Origin: Phoronis australis
Taxonomy: Eukaryota; Animalia; Phoronida
DNA: 64,000 nucleotides
Direction: 5' to 3'
NCBI GenBank assembly: GCA_002633005.1
Contig: NMRA01000931.1
Coordinates: 1-64,000 of the forward strand
The notes under the pieces are model-generated. The model worked only from the letters and a program-made list of their open reading frames with translations. It did no database searches and was not told the DNA's origin. Of the stretch, positions 10,210 to 24,100 are shown in pieces. How positions within the stretch are numbered: the stretch's first letter is position 1; the number at the start of each line of letters is the position of its first letter. A program made the translations under genes and the position numbers.

Positions 10210-13200
10210 TAGAACCACTTGCACCGATTTCCATTTCAATTGGCAAATTCTAGTACAGCTCACCAGGTGGCGAGGCCGCCCGCCCTCGACAAAGCCGAGT
10301 CGGCTCACTTTGAACTGCTAGATAACTTACGGAAATCGACGGAATTTTCGTAAGTCCGCTCAAAATTGTTTCGGCGAAGAGTCAAAAACGAGAAAGTTAA
10401 GCAGGTGAAGTTATCAAAAGCAGATATAGTCGCCTTTTATTGCTTTTTATAACCAATTTCAACAAGATAATGTCATGTTTTACGCCAGTGAAAATATCGC
10501 ATCTGGTTACATTGGAGATAATTTGACCGGATCAGTTTGACGTCATTAATAATATTTTGCTTGATGGGACGTGATAAACAATCTGGTTCTTCCGAAATAT
10601 TAGCAATAATGAATGTGGCAGACAGAAATCGTGAAGGGGCGGGGCAAGTGCCACAATACAGCTGTCTAATTTATGGCAAAAACGAAATTAAACCTGGGAC
10701 TACAGCTAGCATCGGACTCAATGTTCGATGAGATGGCTGGAACCTGGAACCATTTTTAAGTTCAAATTTTCGAACAACTAGGTTCTAGGTTTCTACATGC
10801 TCGGTTTCAAGGGAATGAAACCAATAAAGTAATGTTCAAAAACATAGTTTCAAATTCTAAATCCACCATTACTTGGAATATAATAACAATACATCGAGCA
10901 CTCACTTCTTATGCAACAATTTAGTGGTCATTCCCCAGGAAAGTCGCGTGGACTCTGGAAATGCCTTTCTTGGTGCGATTTCTCAGACTCCGATAAATTT
11001 GGCCTTACGGAACACTCCTCATGCAGTCCTTAATCCCCACCCTTCCTTCCCCGGGCCCGGTGAGGAATAGCCTAAACTCCTTTGCTTCTTGCGTACTAAA
11101 CGGAGGTCGGGGATTTGTTCACCAACTGATACCGTAGACCATACGCTTACAAGTCAACCTGAATTTCGACTCTGATAAGGTGGCCTCCCGGTTATCTCGC
11201 AGCTAGATTGTCAGGCAGGTCGTGCAAATATATATCCAGTGTAAAGCGCGTTCTAGATATACGCCGAGCACTAATAATAAGAAGACCAAGAAACAAACAT
11301 ACTTGGTTCCGGTGGGATAAAGCCGTCATTGCAACTGACAGCTACCGACCGGGAAGCACGCATTTTCTTCGCGCCACCCCCCCCCCCCCTTGGCTTCCAC
11401 TAGAGGAAAATTTATGTCTATAATAGTCATCACTAACGTGAAACGATTCTTGAGGCTTTTGAACAATAAAAATGATGAAAGTATCGGACGAAAATGTTTT
11501 ATGTTTTTCTTAGTTTATCTTTTATGCCAACGTCGAAACGTCAATATTTTTGGGGACTGTCGGTCGGTATGAATGTTGGTTAACAGTGCAAGTTTAAGTA
11601 ACATTATAGACAAGGGAAACGATTTTGTGAAATCAGCCTCAGCGCGGTACCGAATTAGTAACCCCCGGCCTATGCCGGCGTTCGTAGTGTAACGGTCTTA
11701 TGGCGAAGCTAAATCCCATTTGTTAATGTCAGACTTAATTTAAGCGGACTTCTGGTTGAAAATCGCCGACCATGATTTTCAGCGAATATCTGGCAGCCAA
11801 TGGTGAGAATTAAAGTGGCGACTTGGAATTTAATCACAAAAAATACACATTTTGTTGTTTTATAGCTCTTGTCAAACCTAATAGCTTCAAGACGTCTACC
11901 TCACATAAAAATAATCCCAAAATGCGTTTTCCGTTCTACAACCACAGTAAACAGGTGAAGTTAATGCGAGGCGTCGACGCGCAGATGTCGCGGTGGTATG
12001 AAGGGTGAACTTAAAGGCACGGTGTCATCGAAGCTGTCGACAGGTGTCGCTATCAATAACGTACTTGCATGGTATTGTTTCATATTTTTCAAAATTTGAT
12101 TAATGTTCACCATGCTACATGTACAAGCACTTCGCTTCTCTTCCAACCATGTATAAGATACTTCAAGTTAACAATACGCCTACATTGTAACATTTTGGAT
12201 CGCCATCTTGTGAACAGTGATTCGCACATCAAACTGCGATAAGTTCGGTGTCCGAAGTCGATCTGAGTAACTTCGTAGTTTACATCGACGCTCTTCCAGT
12301 ACCGCAGTTAGTATGAAGAGTTCCTTAGTGGTCCTAATTATAATAAGACTGAGTCCACTGCCCTGACACGGTAATATAGTGCATCACTACTCGTGCCGTA
12401 TTCCGTGACTTTTTTCACGAACATTTATTTACCTGAGAAGTTTTAGTATTGAAAATAATTACCCGCAAGTTTTATTGTTGAAATAGATAATATAGCTGCG
12501 TTATTTTAGAATGGAATTTCTTGAAAACAAAAGAGCAGATTCCGCATCTAGAGCCACGAGTTCCATCGCTTTTTGGAAAGGAAATGCGATTTCCTTTGAC
12601 TGTCTGATTACTTTAGGTAGCCATTCTGCATACAGCAGGTTCCGCACGATTAGTCTCGTGGACAGTGTACTTTTCCATTATAACGTGTTTTTTCTTACGA
12701 GCTGCTGTTGTTTTCTTATCAACAAAAAGTCAATTCTCTCGGACTCGTTTATTTTTTATCATAAATATAGTTTTCACGTATGTCGAGCCGTTGTCAACAC
12801 GTGCTTGTGTTAAACGTACTCAGGTTATGCACTACACCTGGAAACACATGATGCAGTTTAGTTATGAGAAAAGAAGTTTGTTCGTAATAATACGGCATGT
12901 GAAAAAGGAAAGTAGATTGTGAGAAAAGAACTGAAGTTCACTCATTTTGGTGGATCTAGGTTGTCGCAAGGGGGTCCCTTCAACAATTTTGAAGGAAAAT
13001 GTTCCCCTGAGCCCCTGTGGATACCGTTTTACTGTGAAGGTGTAGAGGGGGGATCACTGCTACTCCTTCGTTGTTTACGTTGTCATTGGAGAAGCAAATT
13101 TTACCACGGACCGTAGAACTCTTTCCACGAAGCAAAACCCTTCTCACTATACGCATCGCGGTTAGCCAGGAATTAGACTTGTTAATTTTACACGTTGTTG

Positions 13201-16122
13201 CAGTCCCAAGGCCAGAGAGGATCGGTGCATTTCACGTTGCAATGAGTTTGTGCTTCGCCTATCTGGTGCCGTGGTTTGTATCGTGATTCTCACCTTAATG
13301 CAATTGCATTATGCCACCTGTACTCGTAATTTATCAACAAAACTCATATCGTCATTACTTGGTTTCAGTAGAAAATTTGTGTTTCGCCAGCCATTTCGCC
13401 TTAATGTCAAAATCCGCCATATTCCGGCTCATATCAAAATGTAGGTCCATTGAAAACAGTACATAGAAACTGTGTCTCGCATTTCCGCCATTTGCTCCAA
13501 AAACTCTCCATGGTCAGAATGCCTATGTGTGTGGTTGCACGGTTCAGATTCCTCGGTGAAGGTGCGCACTGATTGTTCTCGCAGATGATTTTACTTCTGT
13601 ATAGTCGTAGGAAGCGGGGGTGTGTGGAGCAAGCGTCTCCCCCAAGTAAAGTGGGGGTGACGGTGTTAAGAAGTGACAATTAATTAACAATTAAGTATTC
13701 AAAGTTTTGACTCGCCAATTTTGTTTTAAAATAAAATTTAAAAACTGCGTAGCATCGTTTCTTATGGCTGTAAATTACTGACTACAAATTGCCGCTAGAG
13801 AAGCTTGCGACGGAGAGTTCACTAAAATGGGCTCCTTTTTAAAAACCTCGCATCGTGTGGAACACAAACGTAACTCGTTGTTTAAACTGCTGAGGATCGG
13901 ATGCTCCTTTTGTGACTCAGCTCGTTGATTTCATGGTTTAGCTTAGTTTGGTCACGATGTCTAATAATGAGTCGAAGCGGTAAGACCGCGCTTGTTGTCA
14001 CAGCGGACTTTCGCGGTTACGATTATGCATGTATTTATTCAATAGACCTGAAATTTCAGTGTCCGGAGTTCGAAAATCATGTTATCGATTGCATATCCGC
14101 TATTTTTTCAAAATTTGGCATTGGAGAGATATGTGAGAGTCTAAAAAACCTCATTCTCTCTGGCATGACTGTAAATGTCGGAAGACGGTAGTTCCTTCCC
14201 GTTTGGCAGATTTGTCGCCCAAAGTTTTTCACGAAATTAACCATTCCGATTCTACCTACACTGCTGTTAAAAAAAAAACTTGGATTATAAATGAATCATC
14301 CTCTGCCGGTTCTAATATTCACGTGATCTTCAAGCATAGAAAGCTGTCGTTTGATAAAGACGCCATTTAACTAATTCCACAATCCGCTTTCAGTAAATGT
14401 CATTTATGTGTACCCATTGACCCCACGTATTATGCAAATTAGTTCCATTCAGTCACACAAATCCGACACTCAGCGGGTAGTGTCTGCATGTTGACGTTAT
14501 TTGCAGTGGGTTCATAAATTAAAAATGGCGTCACCTGGACAGGAGTGGTTGTCGAAAATACAGAAGTGTCGGTAAATATTGTGAACTGACTACGCGAATC
14601 GATCCATTTCATGGTGAAAAGCAAATGCATTATCTTTCGCTTCGGTAGACTTGGCAGCTTACCGTAAAGAACGTTTTGTTGTGCAAAGTATATGTCAAAC
14701 TGTGTTCCACGATGTTTCTACTACGTCTGCTAGGGTTGCGTATCTAATGTGCGAGATTCCCAAACAAGATTAGCTCGCTTTACGAGCTCGAAAATCAGTG
14801 ATAACAAATTTGTGAGACACGCTTCGTGCCATTTTAGTATGTAGGCTTTGCACATGTTTCAACATCTTTCCAAAACGGAATGCTGGCAGAACTGGTTAAT
14901 TTTGGAGTCTTGCGTGTTCGCATTATAGTTATCAACTGGACATCGAGCTGTTTCATAAACTAAAACCAATCGTGCGCTAGCATCACAACATTTTACTCAC
15001 ATTTGTCATTTGACCACGCACCGTCGCACAAACTACATATAACGAACAGTTTACGTTTACATAAGCACAGTCTTACCCTTGATCGTTTATCAAAATACCG
15101 TTTATAAAGTGTTTATTTTTTGCATCGCATTATTTCCCGCGGCTTCACATGCGGCTGTCGTGTCGTCAGAGAATTGATCGTCTGCGCGCACAGAACAGCT
15201 GTGAAAATTACTTCGGCAAATTCTCAATCGACAATAAGCTTCCGATATTTTGGTACAGGAAACACCATTGAAACCGATAAAGTAACGATCTCACACTCAT
15301 TGGAAGACGCTGAATGGAGGCATTTACAATATGAGAACATTACACTAATATTAATACTTTTATGGGGCATCGCCAAAGAATTAAACAATTGTGTTGTTCG
15401 TTGTACATTTTGGCTCGCAGTAATCAATGGAGACACCTTTACCGCTTTTCGGTTTTTGGTAGTGTTTCGACTTAATTGTTTAAAATTACAATTGATTTTA
15501 GTTGCGTAACCTTTGGTGTTGCCATTGTTACGTCCAACGTGAAATTATGAACTACACCACTGCATAATACCTGACAGGGGCACTCAATAAAGCTTTATTG
15601 CAGAGTGCATGTACAACATAGGCCTACATCTATATAGATAGATATTTCATTTCGTAGTTGGAGCGAGGATTGTTCGCGACTATCAGTTGCCGATTAAAGA
15701 TGCATAGTCCCATTGAATTGTGAATATGCAAATGAAGTACTGATTTACAAACGATTCCGGGTCCTCCAGTGTGCCGGAAACCATCCGAGAACCAGTTGCC
15801 ATTACAATCTCGCGAATGTCTCGTTTTGATGTGAATAAGTATGGTAATATTTCATCGGTACCTCAAGTTAATGAAACAAGGCATACTTCTTATTATTTGT
15901 TTATTTCACTATCAAATAACGACTTGCTTACTGTTTGGAATTACTAGGTTTTTTAAATATTCACACTTGTTTTTAAGTGTATCAGTTATAGTGCTTTCTT
16001 TAAAACCGCAGTTTATTTACAAATTGTTTCTTTGTCTGGTTTTTCTTGTACACACAGTTCCCCAGGAAGTCGCGATGTGGCACTTGCTACAAATTTAGAT
16101 ATTCATGGTTTGAATCAGATAT

Positions 16123-16300
16123 CGATACCCTAAGGCACCAGACATGGCCCAGTCCGGTGGAACTCAAGGTACTGAAAACTGTGAGGCCTGACGGCATCAT
16201 TGCGACAAACTGCAGACTTCGCCCAGACTATCAAAGCTACATGGCCGGGAACGCTGAAGAAGAAGAAGAAGAAGAAGAAGAAGAAGAAGAAGAAGAAGAA
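16123..16300 (+). mobile_element. 5'-truncated non-LTR retrotransposon 3' end with a (GAA)15 tail
   Basis: Perfect (GAA)15 at 16256-16300. The upstream sequence reads DTLRHQTWPSPVELK and then, after a frameshift, KL*GLTASLRQTADF, resembling LINE ORF2 C-termini. Flanking near-direct repeats gaatcagatat (16112-16122) and gaatgagacat (16298-16308) look like a decayed TSD. Confidence 0.6.
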
Positions 16301-19252
16301 TGAGACATAGCATCTTTAAGTGTGACATGAATACATGTAAGGCCTTGTTGCATGATGTGAATTTGACAACACACTACTATGAACATTACAGTGTTCTAGT
16401 GTCCAAATGTAAAATTGTTCTAGTGTATGAGTCCAAACGGCCAAACGAGTAGCATGTAACTTGTTCTGGTGTGACCTTCCTATTTTGAAACCCGCCAGCT
16501 ACCCCACAAAGATTGCATCAGGGGAGCTTTCCGTAGACGCCAGAATGTAGCAAAAAACGCAAGACGCCATACATTGCGTCAACGAAATTCAGCCAAGTTG
16601 ACGCTAGGTATAAAAAAAGGTTTCCTATCCATTTCAGCTGACATCCGGTGACGTTTTATTTTCGAAAATATGAACAACTAAAAAAATACCGCGTCACCGC
16701 ATGAATTCTTGAAAAAACGCACCATATCCATTTAAGCCTACTGATATGAAGACAAAGCCACCAGTCCAGGGAATCGGCGTACTTGTGCGTCGCAATATAT
16801 TATTCCTACGATGCCTTCATCCACCTTAAGTACATGCAATAAAAATAATTTAGTATGCGAAATCGGTTCGCTTGACCTTGGCGGTGTCGTCTGCCTTGCC
16901 AACAACGTCACGGGTATTTGCCGTCCACAAGCCTGCACATAAAATCTGGTTTTCGCACATGCGCAAAGCCGCGCTGTTGGTAAAACACAACGTACCGTTG
17001 ATTGCTTTTGTTTTTTCCAAAATACTTCCTTTGGTAGTCGCTGAAACCGAAACGTTTCGCTTTCTACTTTTATGTCCCCTGTGGCGTTTGGCAGTGGAGG
17101 GAAAACAAAATAAAACGAAATGAAACCCTTTTGAAAGATTCCTCAACAATGAAGTGACACTGAACGGTTAGGCTGCGGTCGCGGCCAATTTGAGGTGCCA
17201 GAATATTAAAATCTAGGGGTAGGCCAGGCTTGGGGACATTTTAGGTAGGCATTGCATGTAGGCTCAGTGTGAATGTGGTTTGTTTGTATTTGTGAACATG
17301 CTGAGACCTCTTGCTCGACTGCGCCCCCAAAGTGTCGCGTTGCAATCGTGCATTGCTGAGTACCGAGTGGGAAATTGACTGAGATTTCTGGTAGCCCCCA
17401 AACACAAGCCAGATTTGCAGTACTTCTGGACCACGTTTTTGGAATCGGTATGACGTTTGTTTTCAGACTATAATCTTGGCTATAGTTGTGCATCGGCAGG
17501 GAAGTGGTTGTTTGGGGGTGGAAAGTGCTGATTTTGTGTTTTTGCCCCTTTTTTCTTGGTCTACCTTGCTTTTCTGTATGAGCGAAAGGGTCAAAAATAC
17601 AAGAGAGAATAAAGTTTCTGAGCTCATCTGTAGGGCTTGTGATGCGAATGACTCAGAACTTTTCATTCTTTGCATGCAGTTTTTGAGAGAGTGAGGAAAG
17701 GGTGACGAATCCATTGACGTATGTTCAAACCCCAGTGAGATCTGTTCTGTATCCCATAACACGAATTCTTGTTACATGTACTTACGTGTACGACGTTTTT
17801 CTTTAGTTGTTAGATGTTAGTTTCTCCGGTTTGTGGACTGAATAGCAGACACTAGACGGGTCCGATCTAATCTGGCTCATGGTTGGTTATAAAAAAACGT
17901 CGAGTGACTTTCATAAAGCAACGAAGGCTGACTCTCTTAACAAGGTCACAGGTCGGTCCCATTTACAAAATAATCGTCTTTTATTTTTATTCCTTGTCAG
18001 TGCCCCCCCCCCCTCCGGTAATGGCAACCCTATGATTATTCACGTATACTGTGCCCGTGTTAGTTTGTTCTAAAATAACCACGGATGCCCACTAGAGCGA
18101 AAAGTGGGGTTCATTATCTTTTTATAATTATCATGGGTAATTCACCATGAACACAGTTAAAATGGCTCCTGGCTCAAACTAATAAATGCGTAACAAGCAA
18201 AAATAATTTGGCTGAAGTTGCGTATTTGTAAAATATATGAACATGACAATTTATAAAGCTTATCTTAAACATTCTTTGTTTTTTATTTACTTGTTTTGGT
18301 TTGAAAAACAATATATGTCATGCCTTCTGCATTTGACGAAGGATACCAAGATAAAATTGATCTACTTGAGTAGTGAGGTCACGCTGAACTCGTCTCTATA
18401 AGAAAAGTATTAACTGGGTTTGGACTATGGCAAGCCGTTCGTTGTAAAATTAGGTACCCATTTTTTATTCTATATGTAAAATTTGCCTGCAATGATAAAA
18501 TAATGTACATTTTTGTGTAAAAATCAGAATTTATTGTGCGTTTACTTTTCCGTCCAATTTTGTAATTACTTTTAAAGAAATGTCAGCAATATTATTTGTG
18601 TGCAATCTTCAAATCTTTTTTGCGATGCTGTGAATATTTTGTGTGAAACTGGCGAATATGGACGACATACAAAAATTTTGATTCAGAATGGATGAGTGTA
18701 TTTTGGTGCAAGAACATAGCACTGCTTGCAACCAGATTATTACATGTAATTTAATGACAGCACTGCGTTTTTTCCATTAATCAGTGCAGGACCAAAGTAC
18801 GTGCAGTCTAACTGCAGTGTAAAATATTTCTTTGAGCACGCACGCGCGCTGCCAGGGTTTGACCATTAACTTATTAATCATCAAAAGACCGACCGATGTG
18901 CTTTTAAATTTCTAATCTGTTTTATATGCACAGTGAACACACTGAGTTATACAAATTCTTTTCTAAGTTAAAAGTTTTCATAAAATTAGTTATGGCGCGA
19001 TCTGGTTTAAGTCAAAATTTATTCCATAATGAGGCTCTTTCATCAAGACATCGGTTTTCAAAACAAGCATTATTTGATACAACACTTTCGTTATCTTTTA
19101 TTTTTGGTGGTGCACCTGCAATTGGTCACAACCACAGTGACATTTGACCTTAAATAATATACGAAGACTAAAAAAGGCTATAGCACGTGGTTAAAATTTA
19201 CGAAATTGTTCTTACTTTAGAACATCTCGATCGATTACATTGATTACATAAT

Positions 19253-19536
19253 TTAAAGGTCATTATTCTTTTTTGGGATTAAGACTTTGAAGTTATTGGC
19301 TATCAAAACCGTTGTGTTTGTGATTTTATTACAAATCGCCAAGAATTCTCCCTTAAATCGAGAGAGATCATGACCCTACCAGTTAAACACTCTGAAAATA
19401 CTTACTGAAATGCTGTGTGAGGTTTAGGTCAGCCTGCAAAGCGTTTGGCTGCAACGTGAGAGTTTAGGGTGCGATTTCGTTCGAGGTCTGATCACAAAAT
19501 CACAAAAAAATTTTCTCGCCAATAATGTCACTTTAA
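19253..19536. mobile_element. Possible TTAA-flanked MITE (Kolobok-like)
   Basis: TTAA|AGGTCATTATT ... AATAATGTCACT|TTAA, an imperfect 11-12-bp TIR. Confidence 0.35.
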
Positions 19537-20259
19537 CTGAAGCCGGTGAGAACAGTATTGGCGGACCGCGGTGATGTCGTTGTTTTTGTATTTATGTTTG
19601 CTCATTTCTTAGCACTCAGTCGACCTTGCTCTGCGTTTACGTCAACTGTTCCCAAAAATAAAAATTAGCTTGGGTAATTGTCAACCCTTACATCACCTGC
19701 GTTTCCGTAGCCATCGTTTTAATTTCTCAATAACCGACGTGAGCATACGTACATTTTTCGAATATTTTGTAGTATAATGAGCTAACCGCGTCCTGTACGT
19801 TTAGGTATACCAATTATTTCGGGTCACGTGACAATTTTGGTGAGCACATTTGTGCATCCCGTAGTATCATGCGCTGGTTTTAAGTAATTAACTTTCGATA
19901 CTTACCGCTCGGAAACTGGTCTCAACTTCATCCCAAAGTTGGAAGGCGTCGTTTCTGGTCTTTGAAAAACTAGCGGTTCGTTACTGCTTAGTCACAAGAC
20001 TATGCTCGGCGCATAAAATAACCCGCCGTGATAAGCCACCTAATAGAGTCTGGTCTGAAGCAATAACGAGTCTTTTCCAAGTTTGTAAATCATAGGAGAC
20101 ACAATTAGAAAACAGGTTCACATTGGCAAATGGTCCAAATCAAATGTTGGGTTTTGTGGCGGAAGGTGGGTTTATAGCCGTTAAACGCAATGCTGATTGA
20201 AGCTGCCTTGTTTAGCTGGTAAAAAAAGAAAAGCAAATTAAGTTTTTCATTCTTATAAA

Positions 20260-20464
20260 CCATGACAGGCTATGCATGCACACATCACATTCGAATTTTT
20301 GGGTCTGCCAATCTCAATAAACTCTAAAGCGTTTTTTAAGTCGCTAATGGTTTTGAGATTCTTGTAAGTAACGGTGAGGAGTACTGTGAGACCATTTAAC
20401 ATGATTGTAAAAAGCCTAATACGCTTTTCGTTTCTCAATTAAACAGGGCGACATGCCGCTTTAA
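20260..20464 (-). mobile_element. Kolobok-like element of the same family as 3793-4146 (duplicated near 22660-22850)
   Basis: The reverse complement begins TTAA|AGCGGCATGTCGCCCTGTTTA and contains aaaccattagcgacttaaaaaacgctttagagtt, aligning with 3925-3960. Confidence 0.6.
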
Positions 20465-20874
20465 AGTTGCATAAGAATCTTGAAAAAATGTCTAAATTTA
20501 GCTAATTTAGAAACACCCTAGCTCTGAAGAGGCTGATAGGATTTATGAAACTTTCAGATACTATGCCTTATACACTAGTGATCCCTAAACTAAACACTGT
20601 CAGGAGTTCGGTTTTTAAAATGTTTCACGTTTGCATGAGGGACTACAGCAATCTAATTATAAATGTTGTCTACGTGCAGGAAATATGTGTTTTTATTGAG
20701 TTAAAGTCTGTAGTTTTGTTCATATTTAGCTAAATTCATAGACAATAAGGTGCTAATATAACTTAAGGTTGTGCACAACTTTGGGAACAAGTCTGCGTAT
20801 TCAGCTAAATATGTCAGAAAGTAGGAAGCCAGTGGAATTTTATTTTTAATTTCGTCATATGAATGTCATGATGT

Positions 20875-21100
20875 TTGTTCATCATCGCCACCACCATCAT
20901 CATATTCGTCATCTCCGTCATCATCTCCGTCCTTGTCTTTTCAGTTAATTTCGCCAAGTGTCGCTCAAGACTGTAGCCTATTTCTTACTGATTTCGGACT
21001 TCTACGTTCGTCATGTGTATGTTATTATTACTTCTATTGTTCATCCTTGCCACCATCGTCGTCATATTCGTCATCTTCGTCGTCATCTTTATCGTCATCT
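20875..21100. repeat. Degenerate (TCA/TCG)n low-complexity tract with an internal ~180-bp re-duplication (ttaatttcgccaagtgtcgct x2)
   Basis: Directly visible. It explains the poly-Ser ORFs at 20933 and 23481, and is repeated at ~23440-23700. Confidence 0.7.
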
Positions 21101-24100
21101 TTTTGGTTAATTTCGCCAAGTGTCGCTACTCGGAGCGCTTTCATTTTTAATTTGGTCACGTAATCATGTATTTCAGTAAAAATTAGCAAAATAAAAATTT
21201 GCATTGATTGCAAAACAACGGTATCAATAACATAACCAAAGTTTATTTAAAATTAAAAATCTCAAAAAACCTGTTTCTAAAATCTCGCATCCCTTTCGTT
21301 TTAAGTAACTTTAGATTTTTTTCGTGAAATAAGTCCTATTTTATAGCCCCTCATGTAAATGTGGAACACTTGAAAAACCAAATTGGAGAACAGAGCATAA
21401 AGCATATCTCATTGAAAGTTTCATGTTCCGAACTTAGTCAAATTTTGAATATTTTTGTATGGTCCTGCCTAACCTTAAATTTTGAGCATAAATAAACAGA
21501 CGCCCCTCGCGTGAAAAATCTCAACCGAGCCAGTGGGCTAACTGAAAAATACAACTTATCTTTCTTGAAACGCTTTCTGTACACAACAATCATTCCGTTC
21601 CGTTTTGCCGCGGGCGGAGACAACCCTCTTTTGCAAGTCATAAATTAAAAGCGGTTCAACTAAAGCCTCTGCACCCCTGCAGCCCTGCCTTGTGGCCGTC
21701 AAACGAACGCTTTCTAATCACTGAATAAAGAATGAAAAGTGAAAACATCTCGTCACCAAGTGACTGCCTTCAATGCTTATGGCGTAGGAATGGTAAAAGT
21801 AAGTGATACGATTTTAGATTGAGATACTGTCGATAACCTGAAGTACTTTCGGATGTTGACGGTGTACAGTATCGATATTTTACGAAACCGCCGTTTCATT
21901 ATTCAGCATCCTATAAAATTACGTGTCCGAGAGAGCTCAGTTCGAAACTGTTTTAAAATATTGTTTCAGTTCCACCGAATACAGACGTACATGTAGGTGT
22001 AACGACACGCCAGCGTTATCGTGTAAGTTCATTCGAAACCATGTTATCTCCGTCCGCCACGTATAAATTGTCATCGGAAACGGGACATTTAAGACAAATA
22101 ATCGGTTAATTATCTTTAGCAGGTTTCGTGACTAATCGCTAGCGGAATCGACCATATTGTTTTTGTTTCGCTGACGCATGACGCTCTCGTGATAGCGAGG
22201 GCCACTCCGTCGAAGGGCTGAACACGAGTCGAAATGGCGCGACGTTGTCATCAAAAAATCCGCGCGACCTGCACGAAAATTCGTGCATCTGAAATGCGCG
22301 AGTTCTTACTGGTGGTTATTTCTTCCGTAANNNNNNNNNNNNNNNNNNNNNNNNNNNNNNNNNNNNNNNNNNNNNNNNNNNNNNNNNNNNNAATAACCCG
22401 CCGTGATAAGCCACCTAATAGAGTCTGGTCTGAAGCAATAACGAGTCTTTTCCATGTTTGTAAATCATAGGAGACACAATTAGAAAACAGGTTCACAATG
22501 GCAAATGGTCCAAATCAAATGTTAGGTTTTGTGGCGGAAGGTGGGTTTATAGCCGTTAAACGCAATGCTGATTGAAGCTGCCTTGGTTAGCTGGTAAAAC
22601 AAGAAAAGCATAAGCTTTTCATTCTTATACACCATGATGAGATTCTAATTCCGACACAACAGGCTATGCATGCACACATCATTTTTGAATTTTTGGGTCT
22701 GCCAATCTCAATAAACTCTGAAGCGTTTTTTAAGTCGCTAATGGTTTCGAGATTCTTGTAAGTAACGGTGAGGAGTACTGTGAAACCATTTAACATGAAG
22801 CCTAATACGTTTTTCGTTTTTCAATTAAACAGGGCGACATGCCGCTTTAAAGTTGCATAAGAATCTTGAATTTAGCTAATTTAGAAACACCCTAGCTCTG
22901 AAGCGGCTGATAGGATTTATGAAACTTTCAGATACTATGCCTTATACACTAGTGATCCCTAAACTAACCACTGTCAGGAGTTCGGTTTTTAAAATGTTTC
23001 ACGTTTGCATGAGGGACTATCAACATTAAGACTTCTATGATTTTCGCTCACGAAAAACATAAATTTGCATAAAACGAAAACGAAATATTTTTCGAAAACT
23101 GTAACAGCGTTTTCAAGATTTCATATCATCTTGAACATTCGATATCACATAACATTGATCAGGTTATCTTGATGATGTCGTTGCTTTGCTACCAAAGCGA
23201 TCTTCTTCAGTCAGCAATCTAATTATAAATGTTGTCTACGTGCAGGAAATATGTGTTTTTATTGAGTTAAAGTCTGTAGTTTTGTTCATATTTAGCTAAA
23301 TTCATAGACAATAAGGTGCTAATATAACTTAAGGTTGTGCACAACTTTGGGAACAAGTCTGCGTATTCAGCTAAATATGTCAGAAAGTAGGAAGCCAGTG
23401 GAATTTTATATTTAATTTCGTCATATGAATGTCATGATGTTTGTTCATCATCGCCACCACCATCATCATATTCGTCATCTTTGTCATCATCTCCGTCCTT
23501 GTCTTTTCAGTTAATTTCGCCAAGTGTCGCTCAAGACTGTAGCCTATTTCTTACTGATTTCGGACTTCTACGTTCGTCATGTGTATGTTATTATTACTTC
23601 TATTGTTCATGCTTGCCACCATCGTCGGCATATTCGTCATCTTCGTCGTCATCTTTATCGCCATCTTTTTGGTTAATTTCGCCAAGTGTCGCTACTCGGA
23701 GCGCTTTCATTTTTAATTTGGTCACGTCATCATGTATTTCATTAAAAATTAGCAAAATAAAAATTTGCATTGATTGCAAAACAACGGTATCAATAACATA
23801 ACCAAAGTTTATTTAAAATTAAAAATCTCAAAAAAACCTGTTTCTAAAATCTCGCATCCCTTTCGTTTTAAGTAACTTTAGATTTTTTTCGTGAAAAAAG
23901 TCCTATTTTATAGCCCCTCATGTAAATGTGGAACACTTGAAAAACCGAATTGGAGAACAGAGCATAAAGCATATCTCATTGAAAGTTTCATGATCCGAAG
24001 TTAGTTAAATTTTGAATATTTTTGTATGGTCCTGCCTGACCTTAAATTTTGAGCATAAATAAACAGACGCCCCTCGCGTGAAAAATCTCAACCGAGCCAG

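Noticed and set aside
13510-13570. tRNA/SINE-like A- and B-box (tggtcagaatgc ... ggttcagattcc)
   Set aside because: Too degenerate, with no cloverleaf and no second copy in the window.
20933-21163. Poly-Ser ORFs (also 23481-23801)
   Set aside because: They are products of degenerate TCA/TCG trinucleotide repeats.
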